Under the pieces are notes generated by a model, which made no database searches, was not told where the DNA came from, and saw only the letters and a list, made by a program, of their open reading frames with translations. From Capsulimonadaceae bacterium (lineage in GTDB: Bacteria; Armatimonadota; Armatimonadia; Armatimonadales; Capsulimonadaceae): a DNA stretch of 64,000 nt. The translations under genes and the position numbers were made by a program. The stretch is taken from the NCBI GenBank assembly GCA_965215505.1, contig OZ244065.1, positions 448,001-512,000 of the forward strand, in the 5' to 3' direction. This document shows, piece after piece, positions 45,982 through 54,991 of the stretch. Each line of letters opens with the position of its first letter. Position 1 is the stretch's first letter.

Positions 45982-46800
45982 TCATCCGTGCTTGCTGTCG
46001 GCGTTCGGCCTGGAACACCGTGCGAGATACAGATACACCAGCGCGCCGGTGACGCTGTGGACGGTGAAATGGGTGCCAAGCGTGCCCGCAAGCTCGGCCT
46101 TTGTGAAGCGGAAGAAGGGGATGCCGCCGTCGTGCATCCCTTCCTTCTGGCCGAAGCAGCGGGTGAGCAGGGAGTGTTTGTAGGCGGACAGGGCGAGCGT
46201 GCCGCCGGGTTTGAGGACGCGGGCCAGGCTTGCGACGGCGGCGGCGCGGGCCTCGGGGCCGGGGACGTGTTCCAAGACCTGGCTGGAGACGATGCGGTCG
46301 AAGGCGCAATCCGCGAAGGGAAGGCGGCACAGGTCGGCCTGGACCAGATGCACGTTGGCGGTGCCTGCGGCCCGGAGCTTGCGCCGGTTGACGCGCAGCG
46401 ACTCGAACGAGAAGTCCATAGCGACGACCTCGCGGACGGAGGGGGCGAGGATGCGGGTCATGCGGCCCGTGCCGCAGCCGGCTTCGAGCAGGAGGTCGGT
46501 AGGCCGGGCGGCGAGGGCGCGGCGGGTGAGGGGAATCTCGACACGGCCGAAGTGGTTGAGGAAGGCCATGCGATCGTAGTCGCCCACCTGGGCGTCGCGG
46601 GCGGCGATCTCCGACTTCTGAGCCTCCAATAGTTCACGCGGGAGCAGGCGCGGGATGCCGTCCTGGATGGGGTAGACGTGGCCGGCCTCGTCGGTCAGGC
46701 TGCCGTCCAGGACTTCCTCGCCGCCGCGCTGCCGGACGGTGAGTGTGAGCGGCCCGCCGGTTTCGGGGGAGGCGAGGAGGGGGAGCAGTGATGGCAGCAT
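45982..46800 (-). CDS. Class I SAM methyltransferase with Trm112-like N-terminus
   Basis: LLASPETGGPL..YPIQDGIPRL, LEAGCGTGR, LPFAD..FD, VLEH. Confidence 0.88.
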   Translation of the reverse strand: MLPSLLPLLASPETGGPLTLTVRQRGGEEVLDGSLTDEAGHVYPIQDGIPRLLPRELLEAQKSEIAARDAQVGDYDRMAFLNHFGRVEIPLTRRALAARPTDLLLEAGCGTGRMTRILAPSVREVVAMDFSFESLRVNRRKLRAAGTANVHLVQADLCRLPFADCAFDRIVSSQVLEHVPGPEARAAAVASLARVLKPGGTLALSAYKHSLLTRCFGQKEGMHDGGIPFFRFTKAELAGTLGTHFTVHSVTGALVYLYLARCSRPNADSKHG

Positions 46801-46848
46801 AGGGTGTTCGATGAGGGCGGGTTTCCCCGCCCCCTTTCTTTTCTGCCC

Positions 46849-47667
46849 TTAAGGGCGGGCGTCTAGCGGCGGAAGGGGGGCCACGAGGGCAGGCGCGGCG
46901 GGGGCCGCCGCAGTCGGCGTCAGCGTGACGCGCAGGGTGTAGTCGTCGGCGGTATCCGGGCCGGTCGCGCCCAGCTTGTGCCCGGCGGCCTGGCGGAAGG
47001 AGGCAAGGTCTTCAAAGACGGCGGTTTCGCCGGGGCGGACTTTGCGGCTCAGAGGGTCGGTCCAGACCCGGTCGGGGACGAACACGGCGGGGGCCGGGCC
47101 GTCCTCGGCGGGCACCGGGCGGGGCGGCAAAGGCAGACTGATCCGGCAGGCGACCCACAGGGAGCCGTCGGCGTTCATGCGCGTCGTGATCTGATAGACG
47201 CGGGCCACCGGGCCGTCGCCCAAGCTGATCTGGACGGGGAGCGTGTCACCTTTTTCGTCCTCATCCACGGCCCCGAAGGGCGTCACTCCGTCCTCCTGAT
47301 GCCGCGCCAGCTCGGCGTGCAGGCGCATCGGCGTGGGTGTGACGTCGGCGGCGGCGACCCGGCTGCGGAACAGGCTCAGGCCGCCTTCCGTGCCGCGCAC
47401 GATCAGCAGATGGGCGGCGTCATAAGGAACGACATCCGTCAGGCCCGGCGGGAAGGTCGGATCGGGGACGCCCTGCTTGCCGTCGCGCGTGTGGCCGTTC
47501 TTGACGCTGTGGGTCAGGCCGAGCTTGGCGAAGACGAGGGTGGGCGCGAGGTGGTAGACGTGGATCTTTTCCCAGCGCAGGGGCGCGGGGCGGGCGTGGG
47601 AGACGCCCGCACTGAGGGCGGCGAACGTGGTCGTCAGGAGAAGTCGCTGCCAGAATGGTCTTGGCAT
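46849..47667 (-). CDS. Secreted protein with Secretin_N-like and truncated secretin-like domains
   Basis: Signal peptide, PPGLTDVVPYDAAHLLIVRGT..ADVTP, TRMNADGSL, VRPGETAVF. Confidence 0.55.
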   Translation of the reverse strand: MPRPFWQRLLLTTTFAALSAGVSHARPAPLRWEKIHVYHLAPTLVFAKLGLTHSVKNGHTRDGKQGVPDPTFPPGLTDVVPYDAAHLLIVRGTEGGLSLFRSRVAAADVTPTPMRLHAELARHQEDGVTPFGAVDEDEKGDTLPVQISLGDGPVARVYQITTRMNADGSLWVACRISLPLPPRPVPAEDGPAPAVFVPDRVWTDPLSRKVRPGETAVFEDLASFRQAAGHKLGATGPDTADDYTLRVTLTPTAAAPAAPALVAPLPPLDARP

Positions 47668-47704
47668 CGTGGATGGTCCTCTCTAGAATTACTCGAGCTT
47701 ATGT

Positions 47705-49453
47705 TTACTCGGAGTGGCGCAAGTCCTTGATATCAAACTGGAGCAGGCGTCGCCCGTTCCATTCGTTGATCTGCGGGGTGTAAACGGCCTCCAGAAAGTC
47801 ACCCGGCCCGGCGCGGTCGGCCCAGTCCCCCTGGCCCCAGGCAATGCAGTCTGTCGGGTCCATCGCCTCGGCGCGGACGCGCATCTTGAGGTGCGTCATG
47901 TCCTTGCCGATGCGCCGGGCGTCGCAGATCAGGAGGTTCTGGGACGCAAACTTCGGCTCGGGGTTGGCCTGACCGAAGGGGGCGAACCGGGACCACTCTT
48001 CCAGCAGGTCGAGCGTGAGGGCGGAGGGGTCAATCGTGCCGTCGTGGGCGAGGCGCGGGACGAAATCCTCGTCGGTCATGGTCGCCCGCGCGTGAGCGTT
48101 GATCTTGTCGGAGAAGTCGACCAGGTTGTCCATGGTGAGGGACAAGCCCGCCGCCATCTCGTGCCCGCCGCAGCTTTGCAGCAGGTCCCGGCAGAGCTGG
48201 ATTCCCTTGAACATGTCGAAGCCCGCGATGGAGCGGGCGGACCCTTTGCCGTGCGTCTCCTCGTCATTGACGCCGATGACTATGGCGGGCCGGTAGTAGG
48301 CGTCCACGAGCTTGCCGGCGACAATGCCGACGACGCCGGCGTTCCAGCCGGGCGAGGCGATGACCAGGACTTTAGTGTGGTCCAGGTCGAGCTTGCCGAC
48401 GATGAGCTTGGCTTCCTCCAAGATACGTCTCTGGGCCTGCTGGCGTTCCACGTTGAAGGCGTTCATCTTCTCGACCAGCAGCCGGGCCTCCTCGGGATCG
48501 CCGGTCAGCAGGAGGTCGAGGGCGACGGCGGCGTCATCGAGCCGCCCGACGGCGTTGATGCGCGGCCCCAGCCCGAAGCCGACGGCCTCGGCGGAGAGCG
48601 GCTTGTCGGTCTTGATGCCCGCGCCGTCCAGCAGGGCGCGCAGGCCGACCTTGCGGGTCACGGCGAGTTGTTTCAGGCCGAACGAGGCGAAGACCCGGTT
48701 CTCGCCCAAGAGGGGCATGACGTCGGCGACGGTGCCGCAGGCGACGAGGTCCAGGAACTTCTGGATGAAGGCGTTCTCGTGCGTCGGCTGGACCAGCCGG
48801 ACGAGGGCCTGCATGGTCTTGAAGGCGACGCCGACGCCCGCGAGGTTGGGGAAGGGGTAGGTCGAGTCGTGCCGGTGCGGGTTGACGACCGCGTAGGCGT
48901 CGGGCAGGGTCTCGCCCGGCTCGTGGTGGTCCGTGACGATGACGGTCATGCCCAGGCTGTTGGCATAGGCGACGGCCTCGCGCGCCTGGATGCCGCAGTC
49001 CGAGGTGATGACGAGGGTGGCACCCTTCTCGCGGGCGTAATCAATGCCGCCCGCTTTCAGGTCGTAGCCGTCCCGCTTGCGGTGCGGGACGCGGTATTCC
49101 AGTTTGGCACCCAAAGCCGTCAGGGTGCGGACGTAGACGGCGGTGGAGGTGACGCCGTCGACGTCGTAGTCGCCGTAGACAAAGATCGTCTCGCCGGTCG
49201 CCAGGGCGTCTTTGATGCGTCGCGCGGCCTTGTCCATGTCCGGCAGGCCGAAGGGGTCATGGAGCTGGCTTATCTCGGGTCGCAGGAAGGCGTCGGCAGC
49301 GGCCGGGTCGGACAGGCCCCGGTTGCAGAGCAGACGCGCCGAGAGCGGGTGGATACGCAGCTCGCGGACGAGGGCCTGCTCGGCCCTCGCATCGCGCTCG
49401 GGTTCCGTCCAGCGGGTTCGGGTGAGTGAGGTCATAGTGTTGGGTCGGCTCAT
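47705..49453 (-). CDS. recJ: ssDNA exonuclease RecJ
   Basis: YGDYDVDG, DCG, TDHH, GTVADV, GPRINAVGRL, KGSARS, GGHEMAAG, PFGQANPEP. Confidence 0.96.
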   Translation of the reverse strand: MSRPNTMTSLTRTRWTEPERDARAEQALVRELRIHPLSARLLCNRGLSDPAAADAFLRPEISQLHDPFGLPDMDKAARRIKDALATGETIFVYGDYDVDGVTSTAVYVRTLTALGAKLEYRVPHRKRDGYDLKAGGIDYAREKGATLVITSDCGIQAREAVAYANSLGMTVIVTDHHEPGETLPDAYAVVNPHRHDSTYPFPNLAGVGVAFKTMQALVRLVQPTHENAFIQKFLDLVACGTVADVMPLLGENRVFASFGLKQLAVTRKVGLRALLDGAGIKTDKPLSAEAVGFGLGPRINAVGRLDDAAVALDLLLTGDPEEARLLVEKMNAFNVERQQAQRRILEEAKLIVGKLDLDHTKVLVIASPGWNAGVVGIVAGKLVDAYYRPAIVIGVNDEETHGKGSARSIAGFDMFKGIQLCRDLLQSCGGHEMAAGLSLTMDNLVDFSDKINAHARATMTDEDFVPRLAHDGTIDPSALTLDLLEEWSRFAPFGQANPEPKFASQNLLICDARRIGKDMTHLKMRVRAEAMDPTDCIAWGQGDWADRAGPGDFLEAVYTPQINEWNGRRLLQFDIKDLRHSE

Positions 49454-49551
49454 GGTGACTTACTCGCGACGTTGAGCCGAAAAGCGGAAAGGGCAATATT
49501 AACACGGGCGGCCCCCATGCTCCGCAAAGCTTGGGGGCCGCTTCACCGAGA

Positions 49552-52374
49552 CTAGAACCGCTTCGCGGGCCGTTTCTTCTTGGCCTTGATCGCCGAGATC
49601 TGGATCTCACCGGGGGCGGCGGGCCGGGACGCGGCGGGGGCCACGGGCCGGGCGGCGGGGGGCCGGGTGCTGCCGCCGTTGGCCGGGTAGATCGCCGCGC
49701 CGCCCGCCGTGGGCACGGCGGCGACCTCGGCGCGGGCGGGGGCATTGCCGCGCCGCTTGGCGAGCCAGTTCTCCCAGTCCACCAGGATGGAGGCGGCGTT
49801 GAAGATGGACGAGTAGGTCCCGCTGACGATGCCGATGAGCAGGGCGGCGTTCAGCAGGCGCGTCGTCTGTCCGCCGAGTATGACCAGGGCGACTAGGGTC
49901 ATCACGACCGTCAGCGAGGTGTTGATGGACCGGGCCAGGGTCTGGCCGATGGAGCGGTTGACCAGCGACTCGAAGCTCTCGCCGCGCGCCCGCATCCGCT
50001 GGTTCTCGCGGACGCGGTCGAAGATGACGACCGTGTCGTGGACCGAGAAGCCGATGACGGTCAGCATGGCCGTGATGAAGAGGCTGTCGATCTCCCAGCC
50101 GAGGAAGTAGCCGAAGATCGCAAACGCGCCCAGCAGGACCAGGATGTCGTGCAGCAGGGCCACGACCGCCGAGCTTCCCAGCCGCAGGCCGGCGACGAAG
50201 CCGCCGACGCCGAAGACGAGGGCCAGGTACAGGACGATCAGGCCCGAGGCGATGATGACGGCCTGGATGGCGTTGCTGGTGACTTCCTTGGAGATGATTG
50301 GGCCGGTGCTGCCGAAACGCTGTTCCACGTTCGGGCCGACCTGGTTCAGCGCGGTCGTCAGGCCGTTGTAGACCTCATTGTTGAGCTTGCTGGCCGCCTG
50401 GGACACTTTGGGGACGGTGACGATGGCGACCGTGCCGCCCTCCGCCATCTGCGTCGTGTTGCTCTTGAAGTCGGCGGCGGAAAGAGCGCCCTCGACGGCC
50501 GATGCCGTGACGGGCTTTGCGTACTTGACCTCGATCTGTGTGCCGCCGGTGAAGTCAATGCCGCGCTTCAAACCGCCCAGGGCCAGGAAGATCATGCCGG
50601 GGACGATGATCGCCAGACTCAGCAGGTAGAAGTATTTCCGGCGGCCGATGATGTTCAGCCCGCTGCGCTCGCCGTCCGCCACCGTCCGCCCGACGAGTGA
50701 CCGGACGTTCAGGCCGAACAGGGCCGGGTTCTTCGCCAGGTTGGGGAACTGGCCCACGAGCAGGTACAGCAGGGTCCGCGTCACAGTGATGGCCGAGAAC
50801 AGGGACACCAGGACGCCGATGAGCAGTGTCAGGGCGAAGCCGCGCACGGTGGCCGTGCCCAGCGACAGCAGGACGATGCAGGTGATGGAGGTGCAGATGT
50901 TCGAGTCGCGGATGGCCGGGAAGGCGCGCTTGAAGGCCGAATCGATGGCGGGCCGGAGCGACTTGCCGCTGCGGACCTCCTCCTTCAGCCGCTCGAAGAT
51001 CAGGATGTTGGCATCCACCGCCATGCCGATCGACAGGATGAAGCCCGCGATGCCGGGCAGGGTCAAGGTGACGATCAGGCCGGGGAAGAGCCAGCTCAGG
51101 GCACCCTTGAAGATCGCCAGGGTGAACAGGGCGTAGATCAGGAGGGCGATGTCTGCCAGCAGGCCGGGCAGGCGGTAGTAGGCCAGCATGAAGAGCAGGA
51201 CCAGGGCCAGTCCGACGCCTCCGGCGATCAGGCTCTTGGTGACGGCCCCGATGCCCCGCGTGGCCTCGATGGAGTCGGTCGCCACCTGCGTCAGCGGGAT
51301 GGGCAGCGCGCCGGCGTTCAGCAGGTTGGACAGGTTCTTGGCCTCGGTGAGCGTGGCGAACCCGCCGCTGATCTCGGCCTCCCCGTCCACGATGGGTTCG
51401 GTGATCTTGGGGTAGGACAGCACGGCGTCGTCGAGGACGATCCCGTTGATCTCCCCGGTATGCTCGGTCGTGAATTTGGCGAAGGCGGCCGTGCCCTTCG
51501 GCGTGAAGACCTGCGAGACGGCGGGGATCGAGTTTGGGCCGCTGAGGTGGGCGGTGGACTTCGGCTCAAGGTCAGCCCCGGTCAGGACGGGTTGGCCGCT
51601 GTTTGCGTTCAGGGCATCGGCGATCACGCCGTTCCAGCCGGTGATCTCCCGGTTCAGGGCCGCCGCCCGCTGCTGCTGGGCGGGGGTGAAATAGACCGGC
51701 ACGTCCGAGGCCAGCTCGTCATACTGGGTGCCGAGGAGCTGCTTCTGGGCGGGGTTCTGGGGCGGCGGGGCGTAGGGCGTCGTGGTCGGGCCGGGCCGGT
51801 TGACGCGGGCCTCGGTCAGCAGCGTCGTCCAGTCGGCTTTGATCTGCGCGCCGTCGCGGAAAGTGTCGCCCGGACTGAACCCGTTCCAGGGGCTGGCGAC
51901 CGTGAAGAGCGCCTTGCTGCCCGTCGCCCGGTCCATGCTGAGGTTGAGCGGGTAGGAGGCCGTCTTGGGGTCGTCCGACCGGACATCCGGGAAGTAGTAG
52001 AAGGTCATCTGGGCGGTCGTGCCGAGCTGCTCCAGGATGGCGTTCTTGTCCTTGACGTCCGGCAGCTCGATGACGAACTGCTTCTCCTGGGGGCGCGGCT
52101 GGACGACCGCCTCGGTGACGCCGGACCCGTTAATGCGCTGCTCGATGATGCGCTGGATGGTGGCCTGGTCATAGGGGACGTTCGGGGCGAGGTCGGTCCG
52201 CACCTGGAACGTGGCGCGGACGCCGCCCTTGATGTCAAGGCCATACCGGGTCGGGAACGTGGCGATGCGCTGGTGGGTCTTGGGATCCACATGCTTCGCG
52301 AGCATGACGTAGCTCGAAAGGGCGACGAGGACCAGGATGACCAGCCCCCAAACCCATGTTTTCTCCTGCTTCAA
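49552..52374 (-). CDS. secDF: Fused protein translocase subunit SecDF
   Basis: GLDIKGG, AGALP, GMAVDANILIFER, GIDFTGG, GFSVHDTVVIFDRVRE. TTG start after GGAGG. Confidence 0.95.
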   Translation of the reverse strand: MKQEKTWVWGLVILVLVALSSYVMLAKHVDPKTHQRIATFPTRYGLDIKGGVRATFQVRTDLAPNVPYDQATIQRIIEQRINGSGVTEAVVQPRPQEKQFVIELPDVKDKNAILEQLGTTAQMTFYYFPDVRSDDPKTASYPLNLSMDRATGSKALFTVASPWNGFSPGDTFRDGAQIKADWTTLLTEARVNRPGPTTTPYAPPPQNPAQKQLLGTQYDELASDVPVYFTPAQQQRAAALNREITGWNGVIADALNANSGQPVLTGADLEPKSTAHLSGPNSIPAVSQVFTPKGTAAFAKFTTEHTGEINGIVLDDAVLSYPKITEPIVDGEAEISGGFATLTEAKNLSNLLNAGALPIPLTQVATDSIEATRGIGAVTKSLIAGGVGLALVLLFMLAYYRLPGLLADIALLIYALFTLAIFKGALSWLFPGLIVTLTLPGIAGFILSIGMAVDANILIFERLKEEVRSGKSLRPAIDSAFKRAFPAIRDSNICTSITCIVLLSLGTATVRGFALTLLIGVLVSLFSAITVTRTLLYLLVGQFPNLAKNPALFGLNVRSLVGRTVADGERSGLNIIGRRKYFYLLSLAIIVPGMIFLALGGLKRGIDFTGGTQIEVKYAKPVTASAVEGALSAADFKSNTTQMAEGGTVAIVTVPKVSQAASKLNNEVYNGLTTALNQVGPNVEQRFGSTGPIISKEVTSNAIQAVIIASGLIVLYLALVFGVGGFVAGLRLGSSAVVALLHDILVLLGAFAIFGYFLGWEIDSLFITAMLTVIGFSVHDTVVIFDRVRENQRMRARGESFESLVNRSIGQTLARSINTSLTVVMTLVALVILGGQTTRLLNAALLIGIVSGTYSSIFNAASILVDWENWLAKRRGNAPARAEVAAVPTAGGAAIYPANGGSTRPPAARPVAPAASRPAAPGEIQISAIKAKKKRPAKRF

Positions 52375-52445
52375 TTCTTCCTCCGCGAAGACAACGCTTC
52401 GACCGACTTCTGATGGGACTGCGAATCTCGTAAAAATGACTTTTC

Positions 52446-52474
52446 ATTATACTGTACGGGTGGGCGACTGTCAA
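52446..52474 (-). promoter_or_regulatory. Consensus sigma70 promoter of secDF
   Basis: TTGACA-N17-TATAAT. Confidence 0.85.
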
Positions 52475-53811
52475 GGTTTCCGCTCCCGCCTCAGCGCGGC
52501 CTCCACTAGATCGGCGCTGTGGGCGACGCCCGGTTCGGCCCGCATCCGGCACCCCAAGTCGGCGGCGGCGGTTCTGATCTTGGGGGAAGTCAGCAACCGC
52601 TCCAGGCGCAGGCGCAGGCTGGTCGAGGAAAGGTCGGCGGGCAGCAGGCGCAGTCCCCAGCCTTCGCGCTGGATGTGGGCGGCGTTTTCAAACTGGTCGA
52701 ACCCGCGCGGGACGATGAGCGAGGGGACGCCGTAATAGCAGGCCGCCTGGGTGGTGCCGACGCCGCCCTGATGGACGACGGCGTCCATCTGCGGGAACAG
52801 GTCGCCGTAGGGGGCATAGGGGATGATCTGCACCCGCCCGCGCAGGCTCGGCGGCAGGGGCAAGGCTGCCGGGGCACCGAGCAGGACCGCACTCCAATCC
52901 GTCGGCGCGAGTGCTTGCAGGGCGGTGGCCCAGAACTCGCCGGGATGGTTGACGACCGAGGAGCCGAGGGTGAACAGAATGCGCGGGGAGGCCCCCCCCG
53001 CCCCCAATCCTGGCGCAACTGCACCCGACGGGGGGGCCAGAGGGGACAATTTCGCAGGGGCACCGCTTGCTGCGCCCTCTGCTCCGAATCCGGCTTCCCC
53101 AGAATTGGGGGCGGGGGGGCCGGTCCCGTCCCAGCGGGCGTAGCCGCCGACCTGGAACCAGCGGGGCCAGTCGGCGGGGCGGGGGAAAAAGGCGGGCGAC
53201 CACAGGCCCAGCGTCAGGCGGCGAGAGTACGCGCCGGACGAGATGACGTTGGGGCGCGGCGCTACTCCGAGCTTTTTGTACTCGGCGGCGGCGAGGGCAT
53301 CAAAATCCCCGAAGATGCGGTAGCCGATCTCCCATCCCAGGCGCGACAGCCAGCCGGGGCAGCCCTTCCAGGCGACGCCGGGGGGCGGATAGGCTCCTGT
53401 TTCGTGGATCAAGGTCGCCGCGCTGGCGCTGACCCAGGACGTGCCGGTCCGGTCGGCGACGGCGGGGGCGGCGAGCTGGATGGTGTGTGAAATGAACAGG
53501 TCCGCTTCGCGCGCCAGCGGCTCCAGGGCCAGGGTGGCCGGGACGATGGCGGGGATGAGGACCTCCTTGAACATGATCTGGATCGGGTCGGTCAGGTGGG
53601 CGGCCAGCATCCTCTTCAAAAGGTCCGAGTCCCAATCCGGGTCTGCGCCCGCGACTGTGGCCTCAAATCCCTGAGCCTGTGCCTTCTCGGCGAACTTGGG
53701 GCTGACCGCCCAACTGACCGCGTGCCCGCGCCGCCGGAGTTCCAGGGCCAGCGCCATGAAGGGGTTAAAATCGCCGGACGAGCCGAGCGTGTGGATCAGG
53801 ATTTTCGACAT
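52471..53811 (-). CDS. GT1-family (GT-B fold) glycosyltransferase
   Basis: TLGSSGDFNPF, FTLGS, VHQGGVGTT, FDQFENA. Confidence 0.9.
   Translation of the reverse strand: MSKILIHTLGSSGDFNPFMALALELRRRGHAVSWAVSPKFAEKAQAQGFEATVAGADPDWDSDLLKRMLAAHLTDPIQIMFKEVLIPAIVPATLALEPLAREADLFISHTIQLAAPAVADRTGTSWVSASAATLIHETGAYPPPGVAWKGCPGWLSRLGWEIGYRIFGDFDALAAAEYKKLGVAPRPNVISSGAYSRRLTLGLWSPAFFPRPADWPRWFQVGGYARWDGTGPPAPNSGEAGFGAEGAASGAPAKLSPLAPPSGAVAPGLGAGGASPRILFTLGSSVVNHPGEFWATALQALAPTDWSAVLLGAPAALPLPPSLRGRVQIIPYAPYGDLFPQMDAVVHQGGVGTTQAACYYGVPSLIVPRGFDQFENAAHIQREGWGLRLLPADLSSTSLRLRLERLLTSPKIRTAAADLGCRMRAEPGVAHSADLVEAALRRERKP
52990..53121. mobile_element. 132-bp palindromic element inserted in frame in the glycosyltransferase
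   Basis: Terminal IRs GGCCCCCCCCGCCCCCAATCCTGG / CCAGAATTGGGGGCGGGGGGGCC. Confidence 0.7.
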
Positions 53812-53893
53812 GAGCCTACAGTGTACCCGATGCCCGCGCCCAATGGTCACGAATGGTCACAGGCGGCGGAGCATTGGGTATAATAGCCGCACC

Positions 53894-54985
53894 ATGAATG
53901 AACAGATCTTAGCGGAAGCGCGGCGTCTGGCCGATGAAGTGTTCCGGCCCAATGCGGAGGCCGCCGACCAGGGGGACAGCGGCGGGCAGGTGGCCGAGAA
54001 CGTCCGGCTGCTGGGCGCGGCGGGCTACTTCGGGCTGGGCATCTCGCCGGAGTTTGGGGGAATGGGGGCGGACGACGTGACGCGGCGCGAGTTCACCGAA
54101 CTGATGGCGTCGGCCTGCGGCGTGACGGCGTTCACGCAGCAGCAGCTCCACGCGGGCGGCGGCTTCGTCGGCGGCGGGCGCAACCAGGACCTGCGGCGCG
54201 AGAAACTGCCCCTGTTCGCCTCGGGGCAGGAGCGGTGCGGGGTCGCCTTCTCGCACCTGCGCCGGCCCGGCCCACCGATGGTGCGGGCGGAGCGGGCGCC
54301 CGGCGGCTACCGCGTTTCGGGGACCGCACCCTGGGTGACGGGGTGGGGGGTGATGGACTCGTTCATCCTGGGGGCGATGCGACTGCCCGAAGAGGACCAC
54401 ATCTACTTCTACGTCCCGAAGGCGGGCAACGAGGCCGGCCTCATCCCCGGCCCGCGCATCCCGCTGGTCGTGATGAACGCCTCGGACACCGTGGAGGTCG
54501 CGATGGACGGCCTGTTCCTGCCGGACGACTACGTTTTGTACGAGCGCCCCGCCGAGGCGATGAAGCGCGGGGACTATTGCAGCATCTCGGGCCACGTCTT
54601 CCTGCCGCTGGGCGGGGCGCGCGGCAGCGTCCACTATCTGCGGACGCTGGCCGAAAAGCGCGGCAACGAGGTCTTCGCCCACGCCGCCGAAGAGTTGACG
54701 CGCGAGATTAACGCCTGCCGCCACGAGGCCCTGACCTGGAGCGGGGCCTGCGCGGACCAGGCGGACTACAAGGAACACGCCCTGCACGCCCGTGCCGCCG
54801 CCATCGTGCTGGCCGTCCGTGCGGCCCACGCCACCGTCACGGCGACCGGCGGCAGCGCCCACCTGCTGTCAATGCCGCCCCAGCGGCTTTTGCGCGAGGC
54901 GATCTTCTACACGACGACGGCGCAGACCCCAGACGTGCAGAATGGGACGCTCGACCTGCTGCTGTCCCCGGACTGCTGGGCCTAG
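53894..54985 (+). CDS. Acyl-CoA dehydrogenase-family protein
   Basis: GLGISPEFGGMG, SGTAPWVTG, TGGSA..QRLLREAIF. Confidence 0.85.
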   Translation: MNEQILAEARRLADEVFRPNAEAADQGDSGGQVAENVRLLGAAGYFGLGISPEFGGMGADDVTRREFTELMASACGVTAFTQQQLHAGGGFVGGGRNQDLRREKLPLFASGQERCGVAFSHLRRPGPPMVRAERAPGGYRVSGTAPWVTGWGVMDSFILGAMRLPEEDHIYFYVPKAGNEAGLIPGPRIPLVVMNASDTVEVAMDGLFLPDDYVLYERPAEAMKRGDYCSISGHVFLPLGGARGSVHYLRTLAEKRGNEVFAHAAEELTREINACRHEALTWSGACADQADYKEHALHARAAAIVLAVRAAHATVTATGGSAHLLSMPPQRLLREAIFYTTTAQTPDVQNGTLDLLLSPDCWA

Positions 54986-54991
54986 AAGCTG

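Noticed and set aside
45275-46330. 351-aa ORF as a single Rhs fusion protein
   Set aside because: Its 5' half is an alternative frame over the methyltransferase gene and the promoter region. Rhs similarity starts only near 45870.
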